Assembly: GCA_963815115.1 (NCBI GenBank)
Contig: CAWFFN010000008.1
Location: forward strand, 352,001-416,000
Reading direction: 5' to 3'
DNA length: 64,000 nucleotides
Origin: an uncultured delta proteobacterium
GTDB lineage: Bacteria > Desulfobacterota > Binatia > DP-6
The notes under the pieces are model-generated. The model was not told where the DNA came from, ran no database searches, and saw nothing but the letters and a program-made list of their open reading frames with translations. Shown one piece after another: positions 29,360 to 39,703 of the stretch. How positions within the stretch are numbered: position 1 is the first letter of the stretch; each line of letters begins with the position of its first letter. Both the position numbers and the translations under genes were made by a program.

Positions 29360-30705
29360 GGTGTGTAAATCCTGAGGATCAGGCGGCGGCCTTCAGCGCC
29401 TTCTCCTTGACGAGCTTTCCGTCCTCGAACTTCCTCCCGTCGTAGACCGCGGCGAGCAACTCGGGCGCATCGAGGCGGCGGAAGCGCCGTTCGGCGACCA
29501 TGAGCAACCGCCACAGCAGCGCCGTCGCGTTGTCAACCTTCTTGAACCGCTTCGCCGCGTCGGTCCGCAGGCGCACGGCCGCGAACGGCGACTCGATCAC
29601 GTTCGTCGTCCGCAGATGCTTCCAGTGGCCCTCCGGGAAATCGTAGAAGGTCACGAGGCGGTCCCAATCCGTCTCGAGAATCTCGACCGCGCGCGGGTAC
29701 ACGCGTCGGTACGTCTTCGCGAACGCATCGCGCCGGCGCTCGGCGTCCGCGCGCGTGGGCGCGTAGGGGATCGCGGCCAAGGCCTCCCGTGCCGCGGCCT
29801 GCACTTTCTTCGGGAGCTGGGTCAACACGTTCACGATCTTGTGATTCCAGCACCGCTGCTCGGCGGCCCCGGGCCAGATCTCGGCGACGGCGGCCCAGAT
29901 CCCCGCAGCGCCGTCGGCCGCCAGCAGCTTCGGCACCTGGAGCCCGCGGTCGCGCAAGTCGCGCAGCACCCCGCGCCACGAGTCGGTCGACTCGCGGTAG
30001 CCGGGCACGACCGCGAGCACTTCCTTGCGCCCGTCGCGCAGCGCCCCGATGATCACGAGCAACGCCGCCTTCTCCCGCTCGAGCCCGGCGCGCACATAGA
30101 TCCCGTCGGCCCACGCGTACACGAGTTCGTGCTCGTCGAACCGGCGGGTCTTCCACAGGTCGTAGTCGCGCACGAACTTCGCTCGCAGGCGCTCGATCGA
30201 CTTCGCACTCAACGGCGCGCCGTCGCCGAGCAGGCCTCGCAACGCCAGCTCGAAGTCCCCTTGGGCCAACCCGTGCAGGTAGAGCTCGGGCAACAGATCG
30301 GCCACTTGCTCGGTGCGCCGCGCGAACAGCGGCAGCACCCGACTCTCGAAGTGCTCCTCGAGCCCGCGCACCCGCGGCCGCTGCACCACGAGCGTCCCGG
30401 TCTGCATCGCCAGCCGCCGCGGCTTCCCGTAGCCGTTGCGGTAGCCGACCGGCGCATCGATCCCGGCCCGCCGCTCGTGTCGCTGGCGACCGAGCAACTC
30501 CGTCACCTCCACCTCCAAGAGATCCTGCACGAACTCCTGGACCTTCTCCCGGACCCAGCCCTCCAACGTCTCCCACGTCGGCCTGGTCCTCGGGCGCTCC
30601 TCTCTGCTACGTCTCCTCATGGGCGATGTCTCCTTCCACCCGGCGCCAACCGGGTCTGGCTTCGGCAGCCGGAAGGTTACGTCGCCCGATCCTCTTTTAC
30701 ACACC
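29360..30705 (-). mobile_element. IS256 family insertion sequence
   Basis: Terminal IRs GGTGTGTAAA...GAGGATC(A/G)GGCG at both ends; no target duplication seen. Confidence 0.9.
29379..30620 (-). CDS. IS256 family transposase
   Basis: YRNGY, ADGIY, ADG, QRCWNHK, RTTNVIES. Confidence 0.93.
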   Translation of the reverse strand: MRRRSREERPRTRPTWETLEGWVREKVQEFVQDLLEVEVTELLGRQRHERRAGIDAPVGYRNGYGKPRRLAMQTGTLVVQRPRVRGLEEHFESRVLPLFARRTEQVADLLPELYLHGLAQGDFELALRGLLGDGAPLSAKSIERLRAKFVRDYDLWKTRRFDEHELVYAWADGIYVRAGLEREKAALLVIIGALRDGRKEVLAVVPGYRESTDSWRGVLRDLRDRGLQVPKLLAADGAAGIWAAVAEIWPGAAEQRCWNHKIVNVLTQLPKKVQAAAREALAAIPYAPTRADAERRRDAFAKTYRRVYPRAVEILETDWDRLVTFYDFPEGHWKHLRTTNVIESPFAAVRLRTDAAKRFKKVDNATALLWRLLMVAERRFRRLDAPELLAAVYDGRKFEDGKLVKEKALKAAA

Positions 30706-30755
30706 TGCTGATCTTAGCCCAGCCCGATCGGTAGTTGGCGGTAGGACGCAGTCAC

Positions 30756-31300
30756 ATGAGACAGAACGAAGAACGCCGGTGCTACCGCTGCGGCGTTTCG
30801 AAGCCATTGGGGGCGTTCATGCAGCGGATCGACGATCGGCACTACAGCATGTGCCGTGTGTGCGTGTCGGAGATCCTCTCACCCGCCGGGGCAGCACTCG
30901 GAAGCAGCGGCTTCCACACACCTCCACTGACCGCGTGTGCTACCTCTGTAGAAGGACGTTGCCCAACGCGGCTTTCACGCGCCGCTCCAACGGCTCGTAC
31001 TTCTCCGCCTGCAAGGAGTGCAATCGCCACGTCTTCGCCCAGCGCAGGCGCGCACGGCTCTGTGCTGCGGAGGGTAGCTACACGCTGGCGGAATGGCAGG
31101 CGCTGGTAGCGCTGTACGATCGCTGTCCCATGTGCCTTCGCGAGTGGGCGTCGATTCCGCCTTCTCTGGGAGGCGCCGACGTGAGGACGATCGACCACAT
31201 CGTCGCCATTTCACGGGGCGGCTCGAATCGAATCGAGAACATTCAACCCCTCTGCTATTCGTGCAACTCTCGGAAGGGCGCGCGCGACCGGCTATTGTAA
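30756..31300 (+). CDS. HNH endonuclease with two N-terminal C4 zinc fingers; frameshift near 30878
   Basis: CYRC..CRVC, CYLC..CKEC, CPMC, DHIVAISRGGSNRIENIQPLCYSCN; joins ORFs 30735-31109 and 30626-31300. Confidence 0.8.
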
Positions 31301-31432
31301 TGCAGCGCCGTCGCCAGCGAGCGTCTAGGGCCCGCCATTGCACTACCGCTCGACCAGCGAGACGACACGGTGTCTCGCAATCAACGCGTTACGACCTGAC
31401 GAGAACTGCTCCATGGAGGAAGAGGAGGACGC

Positions 31433-33255
31433 ATGGACTTGAAGGGCATCAGCATCACGGCGGACGACATTCGAGAGAGCGACTGGCGGGGCGTCATCCG
31501 GGAGAGTTCGGAGCGAGATAGCTCCCTCTATTCTACGGCCTTTCTGCGTGCAGCCACTGCAGAGGGCTGCGTTGAGCCGGAGCGGTCCGTCTTCCTTGTT
31601 CTGGGGGCCTTGACCACGCTCCATCTCAAGCCGCACGACTCAACGGAACCATTTGGCCCGATGCTGGCATTCGGTGGATCGAGATCGCCTCTTCCTGGCG
31701 ACTTCACGACGGAGCAGTTGACAGCTCTGAGCGAGGTGCTTGACGAGATCGACGATGCCGACCTTCGAGCGCGCATAGCCGACGTGCTCTGGTTGCAGAC
31801 CCGAGATCATCGCGCGGCGGTGGCTGCCGTGAACAGCTATCTGGAAGCGGCGTCGGCGCTTGAGGATTGGGAAAATTGGGGAGCCTGCGCAGACCGCTTG
31901 ACGCGGGCCTTTCGGCTAGCGGTAACGCTTGGGCGGGCGGGCGAAAGTTACCCGCGAGCACTGGCCGCTGTCGAGGACGTGATCTCGAGATGCAACGGCG
32001 AGGATCCCTCTTTCTGTCAGCGACGTTGATGGAGCTGCTCCTCGACCATGGAGCAGGCGACCCGAACTGCTACGCTCCGCTGGCGGAGAAGCTAGCAACG
32101 ACCGCGAGTGCCGCAGGCGAAACGCACAGGGGGGAGACCTACTGGAACCTCGCCGCTCGGTGGTGGCGACGGGCAAACGATGAACCCCGAGCGCAGCGGG
32201 CAACAACAGAGGCGGCAGAGCTGTTTGTACGTGAAGCGGAAGCAGCGGAGAAGAGAGGTAGCGCCTTCGTCGCGGCTCTTCAGATGCAGAAGGCGATCGC
32301 TACCTTCCGCCGGGTGCCGAACACCAAGACCCGCGTCGATGAGCTTCACGAGCGGCTTCTCGAGTACCAGGCACGATCGGTATCGGAGTTCAAGGAGGTG
32401 ACGGCTAGTGCAGATATCACTGAGCTAGTCGCGCAGGCCGTCAAGGCGGTGGAAGGGAAGACGTTGAGGGAGGCGTTCGTCAACTATGCGAAGGTATCAT
32501 GCTCGGAGAAGGTGGCCGTTCTGAGAGAAGAGGCAGAGCGCACGCTGGCCCAGTATCCGATGCAAGGTCTGTTCGAGACCGTACTTGTCAATGAAGCGGG
32601 GAAGGTCACTGGACGGAAGGCAGCGGCTGGCTTCGGTACCAGCGGAGACGAGCAGGCCCTGAGCGCGCGAATGTTCGAGCAGGCGCGATTGCACCAAACG
32701 CTATCAGCACATGGGGCAATCGAACCTTGCCGCCGAGTGCTGAATCGGGAACATCCGATCACTCTCTCGACGTTTCTCAGTATAGTCAGGAGCAGTCCGT
32801 TCGTCCCTCCAGGCCGTGAACTCTTGTTCGCCACGGGCCTGATGGCGGGGATGGAGGGTGACTACCTGACAGCCGCACATATCCTGATCCCTCAGGTCGA
32901 GCACACGATGCGATGGTACCTCGCGGGTGAGGGCATCATCACGTCGAGCCTGGATCAAGACGGCATCCAGGAGGAGTTCGATCTCAACCGAGTCTTCCAC
33001 TCGCCAGAGCAATGCGAGGTTCTGGGCAAGTTCATCGGAGAGAATACGGTGTTCGAGCTACGAGGTCTCCTGGTTGAGCGGGCCGGATCAAACCTACGCA
33101 ACCTGATGTCGCACGGCCTCCTTTCCGACAATGCCTTCCTGTCTCCAGCCGTATGCTACCTTTGGTGGCTCGTGCTGCGCCTTTGCATCCTGGGTATCCT
33201 GGCCGCCGAGCGGCATGCGAGCCAACCACCGACGCCTGATGGTTCGCCCAACTGA
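31433..33255 (+). CDS. DUF4209-type protein with C-terminal HEPN-like RX4H; frameshift near 32007
   Basis: LRARIADVLW, SPFVPPGRE, HILIPQVE, NLRNLMSHGL; one added C in CCC restores GEDPLFLS. Confidence 0.78.
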
Positions 33256-33561
33256 GGAAACCGGCTTCACGGACGCGCGGGCGGCCTAGCGCCCCCAAAC
33301 CCGATCGACCCCGCACCACCTCACCGGAAATCGGAACCCAAAGCGGACGGCTCATACAGAGTTTTCATTTTCCGCCGTTGGCGCGATCGCCGCGAGGGGC
33401 GACGTCCGTCAACTCGTGGCGCGTCCTGGCGCCTCCTAGCGCGGGCGTGTGTCTCGCGGCGTCTCGGGGCGTGGAGGTCGTCGCGCGAGAGTACTCGCAC
33501 ACGTCGCGCTCTCTCTTGACGACGTCACAGCGCGAGCCTACAGAGGGAAGCGGAGAGAGGA

Positions 33562-33781
33562 ATGGCGAAGCCGAAGGACAGGACCAACCTTCACGAGGCT
33601 CGCCTACAGCCCTGCGGAGGTCGCGTCGCTGCTCGGCCTCTCGGGGGCGGCGCTGGACCGTTTGCTCCGGGCGGGTACCGTGCCGTCGATCAAGCTGGGG
33701 GACCGGCGGCTGATCGCGCGGGCGGCGCTCGAACGTCTGCTCGCAGGTGGTGCCACGAACAGCGAGTTCCCCGTAGCGTGA
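33562..33781 (+). CDS. Excisionase-like HTH (frameshift near 5' end)
   Basis: RLAYSPAEVASLLGLS....RLLRAGTVPSIKLGDRRLI. Confidence 0.72.
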
Positions 33782-34034
33782 ACGCTCGGTGATGAAAACG
33801 GAGACGATGATGACGTAACTCGCCTGCGACGCACGTCGGCGACGCCACGAACGGCGAGTCGCGAGGCCATCCCGTCTGCCCACGGGAGGATGGACGCTTC
33901 GGCACACGGTGCCCGAGCGGACCTCCGAAGGGCGGCGGCGAACCTCGGGTTCGCCGTTCGTGCGTTCAGGCCCCAGCGCGAGGGGCGAGCGCCCAACCGG
34001 ATGAGACCGGGACGCCCGCCCCTGCGGAGGCCGG

Positions 34035-34241
34035 ATGGACGGTATCGTAGAGCGGCATGGGGAAGGCTGCAACGGGCGCGCGGCATGGCGGGCATGGGTG
34101 ATCCGCGTCGCGACACGCCTGCTCGGCGGCGACGCGGTGGGATTCGATGGCTTCGACGACGACGACAGGCTGGACGTCCTGCGTTGCCTGGCCGAACTCC
34201 TCGCTGGGCGGGATCAGCGGCGGCGGGGCCGGGCGGTATGA
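34035..34241 (+). CDS. Small hypothetical protein
   Basis: ATGA overlap with the Prim-Pol start. Confidence 0.5.
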   Translation: MDGIVERHGEGCNGRAAWRAWVIRVATRLLGGDAVGFDGFDDDDRLDVLRCLAELLAGRDQRRRGRAV

Positions 34242-34887
34242 AAGCGCCGCTGACGCTCCGGGCCGCGCGGTGGTACGCCCAGCACGGGCTGTTCGTCTTT
34301 CCGATCTGGCAGCCTGCGGTCGATGCGGCGGGGACCGTCACCGGGGACTGCACCTGTCCGCCGACGCATCTGAGCCGCGATCCGGGGACGGGCGTCTGTG
34401 CGAGCCCCGGCAAGCATCCGATGACGTCGAACGGACATCTCGACGCCACGACCGATCTCGCGCGCATTGACGCCTGGTGGCGCAAGCATCCGACCGCCAG
34501 CGTCGGCATCGCGTGCGGACCGTCCCGGCTGGCGGTTCTCGACGTCGATCCACGACACGGAGGCGACGACCAGCTAGCCGAGCTTGGGAAGGTCCATGGT
34601 CCCCTGCCCAGCACCTGGCGCGTGCTCACGGGAGGCGGCGGGCTGCATCTACCTTTTCGAGCGCCCGACGGCGTGGCGCTGGTCGATGGCGAGGTCGCCC
34701 GGGGCCTCGACTTCAAAGCGAACGGCTACATCGTCGCGGTGCTGTCGCTCCATGTGAGCGGTCAGCGGTACGTGTGGGAGGTCGGCTACGAACCGTGGTC
34801 GCTCCCGCTCGCGCCATTGCCGCTGGACTTGCCCCCGACCGGCGAACACCCCAGATGTGGGCGTGAGCCCACGAGGAGGGTGTTCGG

Positions 34888-35205
34888 ATGCGGAAGAAGG
34901 TGGAGGGCAAGGGAGCGAGTCGCCGCCCACGGCGATCGTTCACGAGTTCGTTCAAGGCCGAGGTCGTCGCCTTGGTGCGACAGGGTGACCGGACGATCCC
35001 GACGATTTGTCGGGAGATGGACCTGAGCGAGACGGCGGTGCGCCGCTGGGTCGAGCAGGTGGCGGTCGACGCGGGCGAACGGGAGGGGCTGACGACCGAG
35101 GAGCGCGAGGAGCTGCGGCGGTTGCGGCGCGAGGTGCGGGTGCTCCGCGACGAGCGGGACATCTTGAAGCGGGCGGCGGCTTTCTTCGCGATGGAGACCC
35201 GATGA
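34888..35205 (+). CDS. IS3 OrfA
   Basis: RRSFTSSFKAEVV HTH, EELRRLRRE, ILKRAAAFFA. Confidence 0.92.
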   Translation: MRKKVEGKGASRRPRRSFTSSFKAEVVALVRQGDRTIPTICREMDLSETAVRRWVEQVAVDAGEREGLTTEEREELRRLRREVRVLRDERDILKRAAAFFAMETR

Positions 35206-36083
35206 GCCGGTACCGGTTCGTCGAGGCGGAGAGTCGTCGGTATTCGGTGACGCAGCTTTGCCGGATCGCCCAGGTCTCCCGCACCGCCTACTACGAGTGG
35301 CAGGACGGGCCGCCGTCGCAGCGTGAACGAGACGATGCGGCACTGCTGGCGAAGATCAAGGCGATCCATGCGGCGTCGGACGGCCAATACGGCGTGCCCC
35401 GCGTGCTGGCTGAGTTGCAGGCCCAGGGCCACGAGGTCGGCCGCAAGCGCGTAGCGCGGTTGATGAAGGCAGCGGGCCTGCGAGGTCGTCGCCCACCGCG
35501 CTGGGTCCGTACGACGACACCGGAACCGACACCGCCGGCGATCCCCGATCTCGTGCATGGGAAGTTCGAAGCGCCGTCCCCCGACATGCTGTGGGTCGGC
35601 GACATCACCTACATCCGCACGTGGGAGGGCTGGCTGTACCTGGCGACGGTCATCGACGTCTTCTCGCGTCGCGTGATCGGATTCTCCCTCGCCGGTCACT
35701 TGCGCGCATCGCTCGTGTGCGATGCGTTGATGATGGCCGTCGCTACGCGCAGCGGAAACGTTGAGGGTGTCATCTTCCACTCGGACAGGGGAAGCCAATA
35801 CACCTCGGCCGAGTTCCGGGCACTGTGCGATGCGCACGGCGTGAAACAGTCAATGGGAAAGACCGGCGTCTGCTGGGACAACGCCCTCGCCGAGTCCTTC
35901 TTCGCGACCTACAAGCTCGAGCTCATCGAGCCCCGGTCATGGCCGACCCGGGCTCGCACACGGACGGCGACCGTTCACTGGATCGAAGCCGTCTACAACC
36001 GCCAGCGTCGGCACTCAGCCATCGACATGATGAGCCCCGTCGACTACGAGGACCGATACTGGAATCGCCGCGCAGCGGCTTAA
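35202..36083 (+). CDS. IS3 OrfB DDE transposase
   Basis: WVGDITY, HSDRGSQY, DNALAESFF; ATGA overlap with orfA. Confidence 0.93.
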   Translation: MSRYRFVEAESRRYSVTQLCRIAQVSRTAYYEWQDGPPSQRERDDAALLAKIKAIHAASDGQYGVPRVLAELQAQGHEVGRKRVARLMKAAGLRGRRPPRWVRTTTPEPTPPAIPDLVHGKFEAPSPDMLWVGDITYIRTWEGWLYLATVIDVFSRRVIGFSLAGHLRASLVCDALMMAVATRSGNVEGVIFHSDRGSQYTSAEFRALCDAHGVKQSMGKTGVCWDNALAESFFATYKLELIEPRSWPTRARTRTATVHWIEAVYNRQRRHSAIDMMSPVDYEDRYWNRRAAA

Positions 36084-36376
36084 CTCAGGTGTTCGCCCGG
36101 ACGGGGCAAGACCACGCCGTGGCTCCTAGAGCATCGGCGGGCCGAGTCGGCGCATGCGGATCGGCTGTGTGCCGATGGGACCGCCCTGCTCCTGCGCGAA
36201 GGCGAACGCAATCAGGGGCTCTTCCGGATCGGGAGTGCGTTGCGCCGGTACGGCATCGGTGGTGCGGCGCTGCTGAACTGCCTGCGCGCCATCAACCGAG
36301 ATCACTGCGTACCCCCGCTCCGGGAGGCGGAAGTACAGCGGATCGCGACCAGCGTCGCCCGCTACCGCCCCGGCTG

Positions 36377-38031
36377 GACCGTTTCCGAGACGTCCGGGGC
36401 GGCGTCACAACATACCCTCGAGATCGAGGTGGCGTAGTGGCACAGGCGACCTTTACGCCCGTTCGTGTCCCGCACGGCTGGCATCTCGAAGTGCAGGTGA
36501 GCAGCAAGAAGCGGGTCGTCCTTGAAGCGGTGAGCCCCCATTTCGACCGGGGGGCAGTGCGGGCAGCGTTGACCATCCGCGCTGGCAAGACCCTCCTTCT
36601 CCGAGACACGGTGAACCTCACGTCAGCCCGAGCCCGTGCTCGGGTGGTCGCGGCCTTGGCGGAGAAGAAGATCAACCTCGACGAGCGCCCCTTGGTCGCC
36701 CTCGATGAGGCATGCCGGAGCGGGAGGCCTACCGCACAGCCCGGTGGGTGTGACGGGGCCCCGAACGTTTCGGAAAAGGTGCCTGCGCTCACCATGGCCG
36801 AGCTGGAGGCGCGGGTGCGGCACTGGTTGCTCGTCAACGATCCGGCGCTGCTCCCCGTCCTCGTCGGCGCGGTGCTAACTCACCGGCTCGACGGCGATCC
36901 CGTGTGGCTCCTGAACGTCGCGCCGCCCGGCGGGACGAAGAGCGAGTTGCTCCGGGCGCTCTACCGGTACCCCGGCGTCTACCCGCTTTCCGAGCTGACT
37001 CCCAAGACCTTCGCCTCCGGCTTGGAGGTTCCGGGGGGCACGAACCCCTCGCTGCTGGCGCGGCTCACGAACGAGATCCTGGTGCTCAAGGACTTCACCA
37101 CCGTCTTGGAGATGCGGCGCGAGGACCGGCAGACGATCCTCGCTCAGCTCCGGGAAATTTACGACGGGCGCTACGACAAGACGTGGGGTACCGGGAGGGA
37201 ACTCCGCTGGGAGGGCCGCCTGGGCTTCGTGGCGGGCGTGACGCCCATCATCGACAAGCACCAGGCCGCCATGTCGATCCTGGGCGAGCGATTCGTCCTC
37301 TTCCGCCCGATCATGCCGGACCGCAAGCAGCTCGCGATGGCGGCACTCAAGAGTCGCGGACGGGAACGCGAGATGCGCGAGGACCTCGCCCGCGCCATGC
37401 ATGGGTTCCTCGCGGCACGCGGCTCCGCCATGCCCGAGGTGTCGGCGGCGGTGCTCGACCGCGTGGCGACGGTGGCCGACTTCGTCACCCGCGCGCGGTC
37501 CGGCGTGCAGCGTGACGGCTTCAGGCGTGAGCTGGAGTATGCGCCGGAGCCCGAGGCCCCGACGCGCTTCGCGAAGGTTCTCCTGTCGCTCGCGTCCGGC
37601 ATCGCACTCGCCTACGACAGCCCCGAGATCACGGGCCGCGAGCTGGGGCTCGTTCTGCGCGTGGCCCTCGACTGCCTGCCGCTGATCCGCCATCGCGTGA
37701 TCGCGGCGTTGGTCGAGGAAACCATCACGGCGGACGCCGACGGACGGCTATCGACCAGTGCTATTGCGGGCACGGCCCAGTTCTCGGGTACCGCAGTCCG
37801 GCGCGCCTTGGAGGACCTGCAGGCGCTCGACGTCGTGGTCTGCCAGAAAGCCGGGGCCGGAAAACCCGACCAGTGGGCGCTGGGCGAGCGGTGGCGCGAG
37901 GTGTTCCGGGAGCTCGCGGCGGACGCTCGGGGGCCACATACGGGTGCTGGGAATGGTAGAGGTGACGGCTCCCCGGACGTTTCGGAAACGGTCGGTGACA
38001 CCGTGTCCGAGACGTCCGTCCCCCCGTCACA
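36377..38031. repeat. Four iteron-like ~31-bp repeats
   Basis: KGTGACG-N6-CGRACGTYTCGGAMAMGG at 36377-36409(-), 36749-36780(+), 37961-37993(+), 38001-38031(-). Confidence 0.8.
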
Positions 38032-38068
38032 ACCGGACGACGGAGATGTCGGCGAGGTACTCCGATGA
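36437..38068 (+). CDS. Putative replicative helicase/AAA+ ATPase with C-terminal winged helix
   Basis: Degenerate Walker A APPGGTKS, LVLKDF, LREIYDG, GERF; LSTSAIA...TAVRRALEDL; coupled to Prim-Pol. Confidence 0.7.
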   Translation: MAQATFTPVRVPHGWHLEVQVSSKKRVVLEAVSPHFDRGAVRAALTIRAGKTLLLRDTVNLTSARARARVVAALAEKKINLDERPLVALDEACRSGRPTAQPGGCDGAPNVSEKVPALTMAELEARVRHWLLVNDPALLPVLVGAVLTHRLDGDPVWLLNVAPPGGTKSELLRALYRYPGVYPLSELTPKTFASGLEVPGGTNPSLLARLTNEILVLKDFTTVLEMRREDRQTILAQLREIYDGRYDKTWGTGRELRWEGRLGFVAGVTPIIDKHQAAMSILGERFVLFRPIMPDRKQLAMAALKSRGREREMREDLARAMHGFLAARGSAMPEVSAAVLDRVATVADFVTRARSGVQRDGFRRELEYAPEPEAPTRFAKVLLSLASGIALAYDSPEITGRELGLVLRVALDCLPLIRHRVIAALVEETITADADGRLSTSAIAGTAQFSGTAVRRALEDLQALDVVVCQKAGAGKPDQWALGERWREVFRELAADARGPHTGAGNGRGDGSPDVSETVGDTVSETSVPPSQPDDGDVGEVLR

Positions 38069-38493
38069 AGGCGGTCGCATTGCTCGCCTCGCTGCGCCGC
38101 CGGGGACTGCGATTCACACTGCTGGACGACTGGGTCCACGTCGCCCCGCGTTCGTTGCTGACCGACGACGACCGCCAGCGTCTCCGCGCCGTCTTCGATC
38201 AGTTGGAGCGAGTCCTCCGCGACGAAGAGGCCGCTATCCCTGACAGCCCCTGTGGGCTCTGGGGGTCGCCGCTCATCTGGATGAACGAGTGGCCGACGGC
38301 GGGCGCACACCGCTGGCTCTGCCTCACCTGTGCCGACCGTCCAATCCCGACGCTGGCGGACGTGAACGCTACCCTCAGCGACGAGGAGCGCGGGCGGCTC
38401 GCCGAGGAGACGGTGGGCGATGACCTCGCTCGCGGGGTCCTCAACGAGTTGGAGCTGGCCGACCCGGCGGCGACGACGAGGGCGCGGCGATGA
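38065..38493 (+). CDS. Hypothetical protein (TubC N-terminal-like start)
   Basis: LLASLRRRGLRFTL...APRSLLTDDDRQRLR; ATGA overlaps on both sides. Confidence 0.6.
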   Translation: MKAVALLASLRRRGLRFTLLDDWVHVAPRSLLTDDDRQRLRAVFDQLERVLRDEEAAIPDSPCGLWGSPLIWMNEWPTAGAHRWLCLTCADRPIPTLADVNATLSDEERGRLAEETVGDDLARGVLNELELADPAATTRARR

Positions 38494-38981
38494 GCCCGGC
38501 GCTCCAGGTCGCGCTGGAGACGCTCGCGGCGCGGATTGAGACCGCCGCCCGCACTGGCACGCCGCTGCGGACCGCGGAGGCGGTCGCCCTCCTGCGTGCC
38601 GGTGGGATGCCGCGCGACCAGGCGCGCCGCCTGCTCGTCACGGCAGGCGATGGACGCTGGGTCCTAGGACGCGGCCAGACGACCGCGCGCGGGGGGTACC
38701 CGCCCCATATCCTGCTGCCCGTCAGCGCGACTTTCTGCGGGGTTCTCGCGGCGGCAAAAACCCGGTCTGGCGGCGCGCCCGAATGTGTGGACCCTCGCGC
38801 GCGGCTCTTGGCGGCAGCGCGGGCAGTCGGCTTTCCCCGACTGGAGTACGTCTCGGGCCGGATCATCATCGGCGAGGAGTGCTTTTGGGAACGCTTCGCC
38901 GCGCTCGCGACCTCGACCGAGATCGCGACGGCGCTGCGGGCGCTCGGTGTGAACCCTGAAGAAAGGGAGCCGTGGCCGTGA
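38490..38981 (+). CDS. Hypothetical protein
   Basis: Translationally coupled within the element operon. Confidence 0.55.
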   Translation: MSPALQVALETLAARIETAARTGTPLRTAEAVALLRAGGMPRDQARRLLVTAGDGRWVLGRGQTTARGGYPPHILLPVSATFCGVLAAAKTRSGGAPECVDPRARLLAAARAVGFPRLEYVSGRIIIGEECFWERFAALATSTEIATALRALGVNPEEREPWP

Positions 38982-39175
38982 GCCACCGGCGTCCCGTCCA
39001 CCCACTCGTCCGCGCCGTGCGCGCGGCGGGCGGCAGCGTGCGGACGGTGCGAGGCGTCGTGAGGGTGTCGCTGCCGGTGGGCATCCCGCCCGATGACCGT
39101 CCGCTCCTCGCGCTGGTGCTGCGCCAGCTCGTCACGCGCGCGGCACCCGCCCCCAGGACGCGGCGGCGGCGCTGA
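38972..39175 (+). CDS. Small hypothetical protein
   Basis: Overlapping start/stop with neighbours. Confidence 0.5.
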   Translation: MAVSHRRPVHPLVRAVRAAGGSVRTVRGVVRVSLPVGIPPDDRPLLALVLRQLVTRAAPAPRTRRRR

Positions 39176-39603
39176 TGGACGGCACCGGCCAGCCTTCCTC
39201 CGGAGGTGTTCCCTCCTGGCGTCCGCGTGGGGGGGAGCTCGAGCGGGTGATGGCGGCGCTCTGCGCGCACACGACCGCCCTGCCCGAGTTGCTCGACGCC
39301 GTGCCACTCGCCACCGCCCCCGCCCTGCTGGCGGTGCTCCGCACGGTCACCCGCGCGCTCCATGATGCGGAAGGACGCCTCGCCTTGCGGGTCTTCGCGC
39401 AGGCTTCGGGCCCGCCCGCGCGCAGCCCCGCCACGTTCATCTCCATGGCGGACGCCGCGCGGCGGCTGGGGCGCTCCACCCGCTGGCTCTACCGCCACAA
39501 ACACCAGCTGCCCTTCGTCCGCCGCGACGGCTCGCGCGGGCTCCGCGCGTCGGTCCCGGACCTCGAACAGTACATGCGGACCCGACCGACCCTTGCCAGG
39601 TAG
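39175..39603 (+). CDS. Protein with C-terminal excisionase-like HTH
   Basis: FISMADAARRLGRSTRWLYR...LPFVRR. Confidence 0.7.
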   Translation: MDGTGQPSSGGVPSWRPRGGELERVMAALCAHTTALPELLDAVPLATAPALLAVLRTVTRALHDAEGRLALRVFAQASGPPARSPATFISMADAARRLGRSTRWLYRHKHQLPFVRRDGSRGLRASVPDLEQYMRTRPTLAR

Positions 39604-39622
39604 TACGAACGAACTGTAGGAT
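39593..39622 (+). promoter_or_regulatory. Possible sigma70 promoter of the RHH-integrase unit
   Basis: TTGCCA-N18-TAGGAT followed by ACGGCAG direct repeats. Confidence 0.4.
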
Positions 39623-39703
39623 CTCCGTATGCCACGGCAGAGACGGCAGCGGAGGACGGGGGAGGCGCGGCGGACACCCGCCGAGGCGACGAAAGGACCG
39701 GCG

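Larger units (their letters stand above)
34824..36114 (+). mobile_element. IS3 family insertion sequence
   Basis: TG...CA ends, IRs TGGACTTGCCCC..GGCGAACACC / GGTGTTCGCC..GGGGCAAGACCA, 3-bp CGC target duplication (34821-34823, 36115-36117). Confidence 0.95.
34238..36437 (+). pseudogene. Bifunctional primase-polymerase (Prim-Pol + PriCT) split by IS3
   Basis: PGKHP, VLDVDPRHGG, TGGGGLH; removing the IS restores APLPPWLLE; C-terminal EGERNQGLF...PPLREAEV..IATS. Confidence 0.9.
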
